Notes: generated by a model from the letters alone, not told the origin. A DNA stretch of 64,000 bases from an uncultured Candidatus Rokubacteria bacterium (GCA_963805625.1 CAWDVE010000004.1:1-64000), one strand, 5' to 3'. Positions 39,086 to 49,270 are shown, counted from the stretch's first letter. Made by a program: numbers and translations.

Positions 39086-39289
39086 CTATGCGTGGGCGCA
39101 CCTCGAGCTCGGGCAGATGCTCGAGTAGCGAAGAGGCGGCGGGAGCGCTCCGGGAGTACCGGACGGCGTCCACCGTCGGGGGTAAGGACTGCCGACTGCA
39201 CCGGGCCATCGCCCAAGCCCTTGGCGACGGTAGCTACCTGCACGAGGCGTAGCCAGCTACGAGGTGGCGCAACGGCCTTCGGCCGACGG

Positions 39290-39439
39290 TATGGGGACCT
39301 CGGTGCGGGGCTGGGCGATATGTACGCCCGGATCGGGCTTGAGGATCAGGCGAGGGAACCGTACCGCCAGGTGCTGCGGCGCGAACCGGACCACGCCGGG
39401 ACACGACAGGGGCTGGCCAGGGTGAGGGCCAGGTCGTGA
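39290..39439 (+). pseudogene. TPR-repeat C-terminal remnant
   Basis: LGDMYARIGLEDQAREPYRQVLRREPDHAGTRQGLARV matches a TPR pattern. The upstream part of the ORF looks non-coding. Confidence 0.5.
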
Positions 39440-39452
39440 TGGACGAACGCAA

Positions 39453-41195
39453 GTGAATCGCACTGACGGCTTACTCGGCATCGAGGCAACGGCTCAGCAG
39501 CTTGCTCAGAGAGTTGCGGAGAGCCTCCCAGTGACTATCGCGAGCGTCGCGCTATGGGACCGGCCGAGCTTCTCGCTCACGATCAAGGCGATCGGGACAG
39601 CGCGCCCCCTCGGTGTGCCCCTGCCTCTGTGGTCGCGGGTGCTGCTCGCGACGGCTCCTACCCATCGAGCCGCGTTCCAGCAGCAGGAGCCCGTCTTTGT
39701 GGACCTGGAATCGGCGGGCCAGGCGACGGTGCGGGAGGAGGTGGCCCGCGCGCTAGTCCCCCACTTGCGGTCGATCTATCTCTTGCCCATCCGGCTCGGC
39801 GACGAGACGCTCGGAATCCTGGGGCTGGGAGAGATGCGTTCCGGTGTGCGGGAGCCCTTGAGCTCCGAGAAGCGGGAGCGATGCCGCACGATCCTCGAGG
39901 AGTTCCTCGCGAGCTCCGCTCACGCGTGGGAGGCGGGTCGGCTGCGGCAGCAGGTCCGTGCCATGTCGTCTCTCCTTCGGATGGTGAGGGAGATGGCCGA
40001 GGCTCGGACCAGCGACGCCGCCCTGTCCATGTGCGCCTCCGAGGCGGGAGGCTGGTTGGGGGCCCCGGTTCGCGCCCTGCTGTTCCGGGTGGAGCCCTCG
40101 GAAGACATCGCGGTCGCCGCGCGGTATCGGTTCCCCAAGCCGGTGACGCCCGCGGACGCGGCCCAGATCGTGCTCGCCCTGGCCCGGAGCCGGACGCAGT
40201 CTGAATGGCCGGTGGGGGTGGTGAGCGTTGCTGACGATCCGCTCGATCCTCTTCGAGCAGCGACCTCGGACAGCGGACGCTGGACCCGCATCACCCTACC
40301 GCTCATGAACACCGGGCGTTTGCTGGGGTTGATCTGCCTTTACGTCGAGGAGGAGCTGCAGCTCAGCGACTGGGAGCTTGAGGCGTTCCGGCACCGGGCT
40401 GAGATCGCGACCCAGGTCTTGGCGCTGGTCTGGACGCTCGAGGATCACGCGCACGAACGCCAGTGGGTTGAGCGCGCCGCCTACGAGATTCTGTCGACGA
40501 GCCAGCGCAGGGCGCTGCGCGAGGCACTGCGGGGGATCGGTCGGCTCGTCGAGACGCTGCTCCCGGACCGGATCCAGCGGCTCGTGACGGCGCTGGACGC
40601 CTCCGCGCCGATCGGTTCAACCGAGGTGGCCGTCCTCGCGCAGGCCGTCACGCACGAGGTAGCCGCCGTGCTGGAGGGGTTCCATGGAGAGGGCTCGGCG
40701 CCCGCCGCCTCGGGACGGGAGGACCTCAACAGTCTGGTCCGACGGGTTTCGAGCATGGCGCGGGCCAGCTTCGAGCTGCCTGCCGATCCGCACCGTCGAG
40801 CGGTCCAGTTCAGCCTGGAGCTGATGAGCGAGCCTCTGGTGGTGCTGACGACTCCCGAGCTCGTGGCCGCGCTCGTGCACGCCATCGAGAACGCCGTGGA
40901 GGCGATGCCGGAGGGCGGGGAGATCCGCGTCGTGACGGAACGGGACAACGGCCACGCGCTGATCTCGGTGCAGGACAGCGGGCCGGGTGTCGCCCCCCTC
41001 GATGACGCGTTCGCACCGCTGGTGTCCACGAAGGGCAAGCCGCACATGGGGCTGGGGCTCTCTGTCCTTCGGAGCGTCGTCCACCAGCATGGGGGTACCG
41101 CCTCGCTCGTATCACCGGACGGAGGAGGGGCCCTCCTGCAGATCAGGCTGCCGCTGACCAGCGGCCGAGCGGAGTCGACCGATGACGAGCACTGA
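39453..41195 (+). CDS. GAF-GAF-HATPase_c sensor-kinase-like protein, apparently lacking the H-box His
   Basis: Two GAF-like segments (LLPIRLGDETLGILGL and LPLMNTGRLLGLICL). N box ENAVEAM, G1 DSGPG, F STK and G2 GLGLS. Confidence 0.8.
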   Translation: MNRTDGLLGIEATAQQLAQRVAESLPVTIASVALWDRPSFSLTIKAIGTARPLGVPLPLWSRVLLATAPTHRAAFQQQEPVFVDLESAGQATVREEVARALVPHLRSIYLLPIRLGDETLGILGLGEMRSGVREPLSSEKRERCRTILEEFLASSAHAWEAGRLRQQVRAMSSLLRMVREMAEARTSDAALSMCASEAGGWLGAPVRALLFRVEPSEDIAVAARYRFPKPVTPADAAQIVLALARSRTQSEWPVGVVSVADDPLDPLRAATSDSGRWTRITLPLMNTGRLLGLICLYVEEELQLSDWELEAFRHRAEIATQVLALVWTLEDHAHERQWVERAAYEILSTSQRRALREALRGIGRLVETLLPDRIQRLVTALDASAPIGSTEVAVLAQAVTHEVAAVLEGFHGEGSAPAASGREDLNSLVRRVSSMARASFELPADPHRRAVQFSLELMSEPLVVLTTPELVAALVHAIENAVEAMPEGGEIRVVTERDNGHALISVQDSGPGVAPLDDAFAPLVSTKGKPHMGLGLSVLRSVVHQHGGTASLVSPDGGGALLQIRLPLTSGRAESTDDEH

Positions 41196-41370
41196 GCGCA
41201 TCGACGCGAACGAGACCAGCGGGAGGAAAACCACCACGAATCCGCGGTGCTGGCCTCCCGTCCGGAGCAGTTTCCGGGGGTCGGCACGGTACACTTGACC
41301 GGAACGCCTCGGCTACGCGCCGGGACCCCGGAGTGCACCTTTGCACTCCATCGCACGAGGGAGGACAGAC

Positions 41371-42696
41371 GTGACGAGCGCCCTGGATGAGCTGGGCGGC
41401 CGGCTCCGCAACCACACCGCCGTCGTGGGTGTAATCGGCTTGGGTTACGTGGGGCTGCCCCAGGCGTTGGCGTTTGGCGAGGCGGGCTTCCGTGTTCTCG
41501 GCTTCGACATCGACCCTGCGAAGCCGGAGGCGCTGAACGCCGGGCGCTCGTATCTGCTTGACATCCTCTCGGACCGAGTTGCCGCCTTGGTCTCGTCGGG
41601 GCGCTTGGCCGCGACCACGGACTTCGGTCGGGTGGGCGAGTGTGACGCCCTCATCGTGTGCGTGCCGACGCCGTTGTCCGAGCACGGTGAGCCGGACCTC
41701 TCGGCTGTCTCCGGGACCGCCTCGGCTATTGCCCCGGGTCTCCGGCCCGGACAGCTCGTGGTGCTCGTGAGCACGACCTACCCGGGCACTACGGAGGAGC
41801 TGGTTCGACCGATCCTGGAGGCGCGTGGCCTCGTGGTAGGTCGTGATATCGCGCTCGGGTACTCGCCCGAGCGGGAGGATCCCGGGAATCCGCGCTACGG
41901 GCTGGGGAACACGCCCAAGTTGGTCTCGGGCTGCACGGAGGCCTGCCGCAACCTGGCTGTGCTCCTCTATGAGCCGGTGGTGCCGAAGGTGGTGCCGGTG
42001 TCCAGCACGCGCATCGCCGAGGCGTCGAAGCTCCTCGAGAACATCTACCGGGCGGTGAACATCGCGCTCGTCAACGAGCTCAAGATGTGCTTCGATCGGA
42101 TGGGGATCGATGTCTGGGAGGTGATCGACGCGGCGGCCACGAAGCCGTTCGGGTTCACGCCCTTCTATCCTGGGCCAGGGCTCGGCGGCCACTGTATTCC
42201 CATCGACCCTTTCTATCTGACGTGGAAGGCCCGCGCGTTTGATTTCCACACGCGTTTCATCGAGCTGGCTGGCGAGATCAACACCGCCATGCCCGACTAC
42301 GTCGTGGGAAAGCTCCGGGACGCCCTCGATGGTCGCGGGATACCCCTTCGGGGCGCGCGGATCTTGGTCCTGGGTGTCGCCTACAAGCGGGATACGGGCG
42401 ACATCCGCGAATCGCCCTCGCTGCGCATCCTCGGACTGCTGGCGAGGCACGGTGTCCAGGTCACGTACCACGATCCCCACGTGCCCCGCCTCGGCCGGTC
42501 ACGGCGCTATGAGTTCGACCTCACGTCGACGCCGCTAACCGCTGTAGCCCTGGGGGCGGCGGACGCCGTGCTGATCCTGACCGACCACTCCACCGTCGAT
42601 TACGAGCACGTCGTCCGGCACGCGGCAGTCGTCGTCGACACCCGCAATGCCACGCGCGACGTTCGCGAGGGCCGGGAGAGGGTCGTCAAGGCGTGA
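41371..42696 (+). CDS. UDP-glucose/UDP-GlcNAc 6-dehydrogenase family nucleotide-sugar dehydrogenase
   Basis: GLGYVGLP, CVPTP, STTYPGTT, SPEREDPGN, GGHCIPIDP and AYK..DIRESP. Confidence 0.93.
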   Translation: MTSALDELGGRLRNHTAVVGVIGLGYVGLPQALAFGEAGFRVLGFDIDPAKPEALNAGRSYLLDILSDRVAALVSSGRLAATTDFGRVGECDALIVCVPTPLSEHGEPDLSAVSGTASAIAPGLRPGQLVVLVSTTYPGTTEELVRPILEARGLVVGRDIALGYSPEREDPGNPRYGLGNTPKLVSGCTEACRNLAVLLYEPVVPKVVPVSSTRIAEASKLLENIYRAVNIALVNELKMCFDRMGIDVWEVIDAAATKPFGFTPFYPGPGLGGHCIPIDPFYLTWKARAFDFHTRFIELAGEINTAMPDYVVGKLRDALDGRGIPLRGARILVLGVAYKRDTGDIRESPSLRILGLLARHGVQVTYHDPHVPRLGRSRRYEFDLTSTPLTAVALGAADAVLILTDHSTVDYEHVVRHAAVVVDTRNATRDVREGRERVVKA

Positions 42697-43709
42697 GCGT
42701 CCTCCTCACGGGCGCCGCCGGGTTCATCGGCTACCACGTGGCGCAGCACCTCCTGACCGACGGCCATCATGTGGTCGGGGTCGACAACCTGAGCGACTAC
42801 TACGACCCGGCCCTCAAGCAGGCACGCCTCGACCGGCTGACGCCGCATCCCGGGTTCGGCTTCGAACGGGTGGACGTGAGCGACCGGACGGCCATGATCG
42901 AGCTCTTCCGGCGCCACCGGCCCGCTCGCGTGGTTCACCTGGCGGCGCAGGCCGGGGTTCGCCACTCGCTGACCCACCCTCACGCGTACGTGGACGCAAA
43001 TCTGTTGGGGTTCCTGAACGTGCTCGAGGGATGTCGGCATCATGGTGTCGAGCATCTGGTCTTCGCCTCGTCGAGCTCCGTGTACGGCGCAAACACGAGG
43101 CTCCCGTTCTCCGTGCACGACAACGTGGACCACCCGCTGAGCCTGTATGCCGCGACGAAGAAGGCCAACGAGCTGATGGCCCACAGCTACGCTCACCTGT
43201 ACGGTCTCCCGTGCACGGGCCTCCGCTTCTTCACGGTGTATGGACCCTGGGGACGGCCCGACATGGCGCTCTTTCTCTTCACCCGGGCGATCCTCGAGGG
43301 ACGGCCAATCGATGTATTCAACGAGGGTCGGATGCAGCGGGACTTCACCTACGTTGACGACGTCGTCGAGGGCGTCGTGCGGATCCTGAAGAAGCCGCCG
43401 GTGCCGGATCTCGCGTGGTCAGGGGACCGGCCTGACCCCGGGACCAGCCGGGCGCCTTACCGTATCTACAACATCGGCAACGACCGGCCCGTCGAGCTCC
43501 TCCGATACATCGAGGTGCTCGAAAAGTGCCTGGGCCGGACGGCGAAGAAGAACTTCCTCCCGCTCCAGCCAGGCGACGTGCCCGTCACGCGGGCCGACGT
43601 TGACGACCTGGCGCGTGACTTCGACTACCGTCCACAAACGACCGTCGAGGAGGGCATCGCCCGGTTCGTGGAGTGGTACCGCGGCTACTATGCCGTGCCC
43701 GGGCGATGA
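42693..43709 (+). CDS. NAD-dependent epimerase (UDP-glucuronate 4-epimerase-like)
   Basis: TGAAGFIG, HLAAQAGVR, ASSSSVYG, YAATKKANE and LRFFTVYGPWGRPDMA. Confidence 0.93.
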   Translation: MSVLLTGAAGFIGYHVAQHLLTDGHHVVGVDNLSDYYDPALKQARLDRLTPHPGFGFERVDVSDRTAMIELFRRHRPARVVHLAAQAGVRHSLTHPHAYVDANLLGFLNVLEGCRHHGVEHLVFASSSSVYGANTRLPFSVHDNVDHPLSLYAATKKANELMAHSYAHLYGLPCTGLRFFTVYGPWGRPDMALFLFTRAILEGRPIDVFNEGRMQRDFTYVDDVVEGVVRILKKPPVPDLAWSGDRPDPGTSRAPYRIYNIGNDRPVELLRYIEVLEKCLGRTAKKNFLPLQPGDVPVTRADVDDLARDFDYRPQTTVEEGIARFVEWYRGYYAVPGR

Positions 43710-44572
43710 GCGCGCGCGCGGTGGCGAGACACCGCGGACATCAGGACGGCTTGTCCGGTTACCGACTCGTCGTGGTCGACTTGGACGGGACGGCCCGCTC
43801 ACGATCGCACGGCATCACCGCGGGTGTGCGAGAGGCCGTGGCGGCGGCCCAGTCCCGCGGCGTGCTGGTTTGCGTAGCGACGGGGCGGATGTGGCGGTCC
43901 GCGGAGCCCTGGGTACGAACCCTCGGCGCCGATTCCCCGGCGATCCTCTACAACGGAGGACAGGTTCTGAACTTCACGACCGGGCACACACTGTACGAGC
44001 GACGCCTGCCGCGGCTCGCGGCGCAGGAAGCGCTCACCCTGGTGCGCCGCGTTCCCGAGGTGCAGCCGCTGCTCTACGCCAGGGATCGGGTCTACGCGGA
44101 GCGGCGGCATCCGCTGGCGGATGCGTATGCGGTCGATGACGGCCTGAGCTATGAGGTCGTGCCATCCCTCGACCCCCTGCTGGACGAGGATCCGCACAAG
44201 CTCCTGATCATCGGTGCCCGTGAGCGGATCGAGGCGCTGCAGGGAACGGTCCGGCAGGCAGGCCTCCCAATACACGCCGTTCAGTCGGAGCCCGTCTACC
44301 TGGAGATTCTCCCGTCGGGGGTGTCCAAGGGTGCGGCGCTCCGGGCCATGGTCGAAGCGCTGGGAACCTCGATCGAGGAGACGATCGCCATCGGGGACAA
44401 CTGGAACGATCTCGAGATGATCGAGGCGGCGGGGCTCGGCGTCGCGATGGGCCATGCGCCCGAGGGCGTCCGCGGCCGCGCCGACTATGTCTGCGGCACC
44501 GCCGAGGAGGAAGGGGTCCGCGAGGTGATCGAGCGGTTCGTGCTGGCGACCGGACCGCCGCCGCGTCGCTGA
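43706..44572 (+). CDS. Cof-type HAD-IIB phosphatase
   Basis: DLDGT, ATGR, YNGG, LEI...SKG and AIGDNWNDLEM. Confidence 0.92.
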   Translation: MSARAVARHRGHQDGLSGYRLVVVDLDGTARSRSHGITAGVREAVAAAQSRGVLVCVATGRMWRSAEPWVRTLGADSPAILYNGGQVLNFTTGHTLYERRLPRLAAQEALTLVRRVPEVQPLLYARDRVYAERRHPLADAYAVDDGLSYEVVPSLDPLLDEDPHKLLIIGARERIEALQGTVRQAGLPIHAVQSEPVYLEILPSGVSKGAALRAMVEALGTSIEETIAIGDNWNDLEMIEAAGLGVAMGHAPEGVRGRADYVCGTAEEEGVREVIERFVLATGPPPRR

Positions 44573-44846
44573 GATCTGCGCGAAAGCGTTGTGCTCATTG
44601 TAACGGACGTGATCCTGCGCATCAGCCGCACAAGCGCTACGGGCTTGCGGAGAACCTTTCTTGGTCGAAGGTCAGCCGGCGATTCGACGTGGACCGCGAC
44701 TGCGTCGACGACGTGGACATGCGCCCTGGGCCGGGCACTCCGGAGGCGCTCCAGCTCAGCCAGCTTCACCGGCGGCAGCCCCGGGACACCGAGGCCCGGA
44801 AGCCGCCGCCGGCGAGGCGGTGTGGTCCCGCCAGACGTGACGTGCG

Positions 44847-46127
44847 CTACTTCAGGATCTCGTCCACCCGCTGCTGCCCCTCGGCCAGGATCGGGCCGAT
44901 GGGCTGATTCGTCGTCAGCACGGTCTGGAGCGCGGTGGTGATGGCGCGCTTGACCTCAATGATGTTCTTCACCGGCAGCTCGGCGAGCGCGAACTGGAGC
45001 TGCTCACGCGCCGTGAGCGCCTGGGGGTACTTGCCGACATAGTCCTTCATGAGCGGCGTCTCCCAGGAGGACTTCCTCGGAGCGACGTAGCCCGAGTCGA
45101 TCGACCACCGGGCGAGCATCTCGGTCGACGTGATCCACTTCGTGAATTCCCAGGCCGCCTTCCGGCGGTCGGGGGGCGTCGCCTTGAAGAGGTAGACGTT
45201 CCCGCCGCCCGTCGGGGTGCCGAAGCGCTGACCCTTCGGGAGGAACGCCGTCCCGAACTCGAACTTCGCGTTGTTGCGGACGAAGCCGAGGCCGCCCGTC
45301 GTGTAGTAGATCATTGCCACGTTACCGGCGGCGAAATCGTTCGCCGTCGTGCCCCAGTTGATCGGGCCCGGGGGACTGACCTTCTCCTTCTCCCCGAGGT
45401 CCCGGAGGAACTGGGCAGCGGCCACGGCGGGCGGGCTCGACAGGAGCACCTTGCAGCAGGAGTTGTTCACATCGTAGAGGACGCCCCCCGCCGCGATGGT
45501 GAGGGCCTCGTAGAGCCACGTGTCGACGCCGCCGCTCGACGGGATCATGAGACCCCAGCGCGTGGTCCGGCCGCCCTCCTGCTTGGTGAGCTTCTTCGCG
45601 GCCGCCACCAGCTCCGCCTGGGTCTGGGGCGGCTTGTTCGGATCGAGCCCGACCTCCTTGAACGCGTCCTTGTTGTAGTACATGACCGGCGTCGACCGCT
45701 GGAAGGGGATGGACCACACCTTACCGCCCTGCGTCGAGTTCAGCATGAAGGCGGGGTAGAAGTCGTCGATCTTGACCTGAGCGGCGTCCGCCGCGATCAG
45801 CTCGTCCAGCGGGATGACGATGTCCTGGCCCAGGATGTCGTTCAGGTTCTGGGACAGCATGATGGCCACATCGGGCGGGGTGCCCCCGCGGATGGCGGCC
45901 AGCGTCTTCGCGTAGGCCTCCGTGTAGCTGCCGGCGAACACCGGCTCGACCTGGATCTGGGGATTCTTCTGGTTCCACTCCTTGACGTACCCCTCGATGA
46001 TTCGGGCGAGCCCTCCGGCCACGCCCACCGGGTAGTAGAACTGGAGCTTCATCTGGGCCTGCGCCATCGGGGCAAATCCGCCGATGAGCGCGAGGACGAC
46101 GGCGGCGACGAGCGTGCGGAGCTTCAT
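44847..46127 (-). CDS. ABC substrate-binding protein (UgpB/glycerol-3-phosphate-like)
   Basis: FYYPVGVAG, SIPFQRSTPVMYYNKDAF and PTGGGN; signal peptide. Confidence 0.85.
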   Translation of the reverse strand: MKLRTLVAAVVLALIGGFAPMAQAQMKLQFYYPVGVAGGLARIIEGYVKEWNQKNPQIQVEPVFAGSYTEAYAKTLAAIRGGTPPDVAIMLSQNLNDILGQDIVIPLDELIAADAAQVKIDDFYPAFMLNSTQGGKVWSIPFQRSTPVMYYNKDAFKEVGLDPNKPPQTQAELVAAAKKLTKQEGGRTTRWGLMIPSSGGVDTWLYEALTIAAGGVLYDVNNSCCKVLLSSPPAVAAAQFLRDLGEKEKVSPPGPINWGTTANDFAAGNVAMIYYTTGGLGFVRNNAKFEFGTAFLPKGQRFGTPTGGGNVYLFKATPPDRRKAAWEFTKWITSTEMLARWSIDSGYVAPRKSSWETPLMKDYVGKYPQALTAREQLQFALAELPVKNIIEVKRAITTALQTVLTTNQPIGPILAEGQQRVDEILK

Positions 46128-46155
46128 GGACGCCTCCCTTTCGCGGGCCCGGGCG

Positions 46156-46956
46156 TCAGCCCTTCAGGCCCGACTGCGTGAACGACTGGATGAACAGCCT
46201 CTGGAAGAGGACGAACAGCAGCATCAAGGGCGCGATGACGATCAGGGTCCCGGCACAGATCAGCCCCCACTCCGCCCCGGACTCGGACGCGCGGGTGAAG
46301 GACTGGAGGCCGACGGCCAGGACGCGGTTGGAATTACTGGACGTCGCCACCAGGGGCCAGAGGAACTCGTTCCAGTGGTAGATCAGGCTCACCACCGAGA
46401 AGGCGGCGAGGTGTGGCCGGACCATCGGCACGAGCACGTGCCAGAGGGTGCGCAGTCGCCCCGCGCCATCGAGCATGGCCGCCTCGTCGTACTCCGGCGG
46501 GATGCTGCGGAAGCCCTGGCGGACGAGGAAGATCCCGTAGGCGCTCGCGACATACGGCATGGCGAGGCCCGTGAGGGTGTCACCGAGGCCGATGGCGCGG
46601 AGGGTGAGAAAGTTGGGCAGGATTAGGACGACGGGCGGCAGGAAGAGCTGCAGGAGCACGACGTAGAAGACGCTCTGGCGCCCCGGAAACCGAAGGCGGG
46701 CCAGGGCGTAGGCAGCGAGGGTGACCGTTACGAGCTGGACGGCGAGAAGGCCCACCGTGTAGAGGATCGTGTTGCGATAGTAGAGGACGAACGTCGCCGA
46801 CTGCCAGGCCAGTGAGAAGTTCTCGAGCGTCGGCGGGAAGCTCCAGTAGCGGCCCTGGCCGAACTCCCGCGACGGCGTGAAGGACGCCAGGAACAGGAAC
46901 GCGATCGGCCCCAGGAACGGCAGGGCCAGCAGGAGCGCCGGCCAGTCACGCCTCAT
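46156..46956 (-). CDS. Carbohydrate ABC permease (UgpE-like)
   Basis: AAYALARLRFPG, EAAMLDGA and YHWNEFLWPL. Confidence 0.9.
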   Translation of the reverse strand: MRRDWPALLLALPFLGPIAFLFLASFTPSREFGQGRYWSFPPTLENFSLAWQSATFVLYYRNTILYTVGLLAVQLVTVTLAAYALARLRFPGRQSVFYVVLLQLFLPPVVLILPNFLTLRAIGLGDTLTGLAMPYVASAYGIFLVRQGFRSIPPEYDEAAMLDGAGRLRTLWHVLVPMVRPHLAAFSVVSLIYHWNEFLWPLVATSSNSNRVLAVGLQSFTRASESGAEWGLICAGTLIVIAPLMLLFVLFQRLFIQSFTQSGLKG

Positions 46957-47890
46957 AGTGAACCCCTCGCTCGAGCCGCGGCATGACGAGGAGGGCGAGA
47001 GTCAGGAGCAGCGCCACCATCAGGATGGTGAGCGCCGAGGCCCGGCCAGTGTCCCAGAACTCGAAGGCCTTGAGGTACGTCTCGTACAGCAGCACGTTGG
47101 TCGCGTTCGCCGGGCCCCCGCGCGTCAGCACGAAGATGTGGTCCACGTTCCGAAGCGCGTCGAGGGCGGCCGTCACCCCGACGTAGAAGGTGATCGGTCC
47201 CAGGAGCGGCCACGTCACGTGGCGGAAGACCCGCCACTCCGACGCGCCCTCGACACGCGCGCCATCCTGCAAGTCGCGGGGGATGGCCTGGAGCCCGGCC
47301 AGGAAGAACAGCATGTACAGACCGCAGTTCTTGTAGATGGCGACGAGGGCGACCGTGATCAGCGCGGTCCTGGGGTCCTCGAGCAATCCCTGCGCGCGAC
47401 CGGTCAGGCGGCCGATCAGGGTGGCGACGGGACCTGAAACCGGATTCAGGAGGAACAGCCAGGTGGCGGCGATGGCGACCGTCGGCAGCAGCACGGGGTG
47501 AAAGATGAGGGTCCGGGCGGCGAGCCGGAGCCGACGGTGTCCGTCGACCGCGACCGCGGCGCCGAGGCCGAACAGCACGGCGAGCGGTCCGACGATCAGG
47601 GCGTACAGGCCCGTGTTGACCAGCACCTGGCGGAAGAGCGCGTCGCGCCAGAGGTCACGGTAGTTCTGCAGTCCGACCCACCGGGAGGTGGCTCCGGCCT
47701 GGGTGAAGCGCTGGAAGGAGCCGAGGACGGAGACCACGAGGGGCCAGTAGGTGAAAACCAGGAGGAACACGAGTGTCGGCGCGAGCAGTGCCGCCGCCAG
47801 CCCGACCGTCGACCGGCTGACCCTCCGACGCGTCCGGACACCGGGTACCACCAGTGTCCCCACCTCCGCGCCGAGTGTGGTCACGAGCAT
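46946..47890 (-). CDS. Carbohydrate ABC permease (UgpA-like)
   Basis: WVGLQNY, LAGLQAIP..DGARVEGA and LTRGGPANAT; GGAGG RBS before the ATG at 47890. Confidence 0.9.
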   Translation of the reverse strand: MLVTTLGAEVGTLVVPGVRTRRRVSRSTVGLAAALLAPTLVFLLVFTYWPLVVSVLGSFQRFTQAGATSRWVGLQNYRDLWRDALFRQVLVNTGLYALIVGPLAVLFGLGAAVAVDGHRRLRLAARTLIFHPVLLPTVAIAATWLFLLNPVSGPVATLIGRLTGRAQGLLEDPRTALITVALVAIYKNCGLYMLFFLAGLQAIPRDLQDGARVEGASEWRVFRHVTWPLLGPITFYVGVTAALDALRNVDHIFVLTRGGPANATNVLLYETYLKAFEFWDTGRASALTILMVALLLTLALLVMPRLERGVHYEA

Positions 47891-47985
47891 CCTCCGGGGC
47901 TTCCGCGTGGCCTGGTTGGGGCCCGGGGGCGCCGCCGGCCCCGGTGGCCGCTGGTTGTTGCTGCGCCCCGAGACCGCCGGTGGGG

Positions 47986-48060
47986 ACACTAGCACCCGCA
48001 CACTGACCCGTCAATCGAGGCGCCCTACGCTTGACTCGGATGTCACCGCGTCGTTACGAT
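47986..48060. promoter_or_regulatory. Back-to-back sigma70 promoters
   Basis: Minus strand TTGACG-N17-TAGTGT (48014-47986, with TGn extension). Plus strand TTGACT-N18-TACGAT (48031-48060). Confidence 0.55.
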
Positions 48061-48147
48061 CGGGCAACATGGGTGGACGCCCGCCCGGGCTCGGGTCTGC
48101 TCGGCGACCGCCAGGACCCCACATCCTCGACGAGGAGGACAGCAGGC

Positions 48148-49182
48148 ATGCGATCAACCGTCCGAACCCTCGTGGCGCTCCTTGCGGGGCTCGCCGCGTG
48201 TCTCGTGCCCGGGGTAGCCCGGGCTCAGGGCCAGCTGGTGCTCTACTGCACACCGCAGGAGGAGTGGTGCCGGGCGATGGTGACGGCCTTCGAGCGCACC
48301 ACCGGCATCAAGGTCAACATGACCCGCAAGAGCTCCGGGGAGAACTACGCCCAGATCAAGGCCGAGGCCGCGAACCCGAAGGGCGACATCTGGTGGGGCG
48401 GCACTGGGGACCCCCATCTCCAGGCCGCGGAGGAGGGCCTGACCCTCGAGTACAAGTCGCCGAAGCTGGGCGAGCTCCAGGAATGGGCGGTGCGTCAGGC
48501 TGAGCAGTCGAAGTACCGGACCGTCGGAGTCTACGCGGGCGCCCTCGGATTCGGTTACAACACGGAGCTCCTCGCCAAGAAGGGGCTGCCCGAGCCAAAG
48601 TGCTGGGCGGACCTCCTCGACCCCAGGTTCAAGGACGAGGTGCAGGTGGCCGACCCGAACTCCTCCGGGACGTCGTACACCATGCTCGCGACCATGGTGC
48701 AGATCATGGGCGAGGACAAGGGCTTCGACTACCTGAAGAAGCTCCACAAGAACGTGAACCAGTACACGAAGTCCGGCGCGGCGCCCGCGCAGGCGATGAG
48801 CCAGGGCGAGACGCTGATCGGCATCACGTTCATGCACGACATCGTGACCTTTGCCGTCCAGGGCCGTCCGGTCAAGGTCGTGGCACCGTGCGAGGGTACC
48901 GGCTACGAGATCGGCTCGCAAAGCATCATCAAGGGCGGGCCGAACCTCGAGAACGCGAAGAAGTGGTACGACTGGGCGCTCACGCCCGAGGCGCAGGCCC
49001 TCGGCGCCCCGGCGAAGGCGTACCAGGTGCCCTCGAACAAGAGCGCGCCCGTCCCGCCCCAGGCGCCGAAGTTCACGCAGATCAAGCTCATCAACTACGA
49101 CTTCGCCAAGTACGGCTCCTCAGCCGAGCGCAGGCGCCTGCTCCAGAAGTGGGACACGGAGGTCAAGGCGCTCCCGAAGTGA
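48148..49182 (+). CDS. AfuA/FbpA-family ABC substrate-binding protein (sugar-phosphate or Fe3+)
   Basis: LVLYC....WC, KSSGE..AQIKAE..NP..DIWWGGTGDP, PNSSGT, QYTKSG and PCEGTGYEIG. Confidence 0.85.
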   Translation: MRSTVRTLVALLAGLAACLVPGVARAQGQLVLYCTPQEEWCRAMVTAFERTTGIKVNMTRKSSGENYAQIKAEAANPKGDIWWGGTGDPHLQAAEEGLTLEYKSPKLGELQEWAVRQAEQSKYRTVGVYAGALGFGYNTELLAKKGLPEPKCWADLLDPRFKDEVQVADPNSSGTSYTMLATMVQIMGEDKGFDYLKKLHKNVNQYTKSGAAPAQAMSQGETLIGITFMHDIVTFAVQGRPVKVVAPCEGTGYEIGSQSIIKGGPNLENAKKWYDWALTPEAQALGAPAKAYQVPSNKSAPVPPQAPKFTQIKLINYDFAKYGSSAERRRLLQKWDTEVKALPK

Positions 49183-49188
49183 CGATCA

Positions 49189-49238
49189 GGGGACCCTCGC
49201 TCGCGGGCCTGCCGCAGGCTCTGCGGGCGAGGGTCTCC
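49189..49238 (+). terminator. Intercistronic stem-loop after binding-protein gene
   Basis: GGGGACCCTCGCTCGCGGGCCTG-ccg-CAGGCTCTGCGGGCGAGGGTCTCC: long imperfect stem. Confidence 0.5.
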
Positions 49239-49270
49239 ACCTTCACGGTCGACCTCGATCCCGGTCCGGT

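Noticed and set aside
41281-41300. TCGGCACGGTACACTTGA as a second sigma54 promoter
   Set aside because: There is no GC at the required GG-N10-GC spacing.
44573-44846. 274-nt gap between convergent genes with small ORFs (44591-44941, 44689-44907, 44485-44769)
   Set aside because: No recognisable motif, RBS or RNA-family signature. It is left unassigned.
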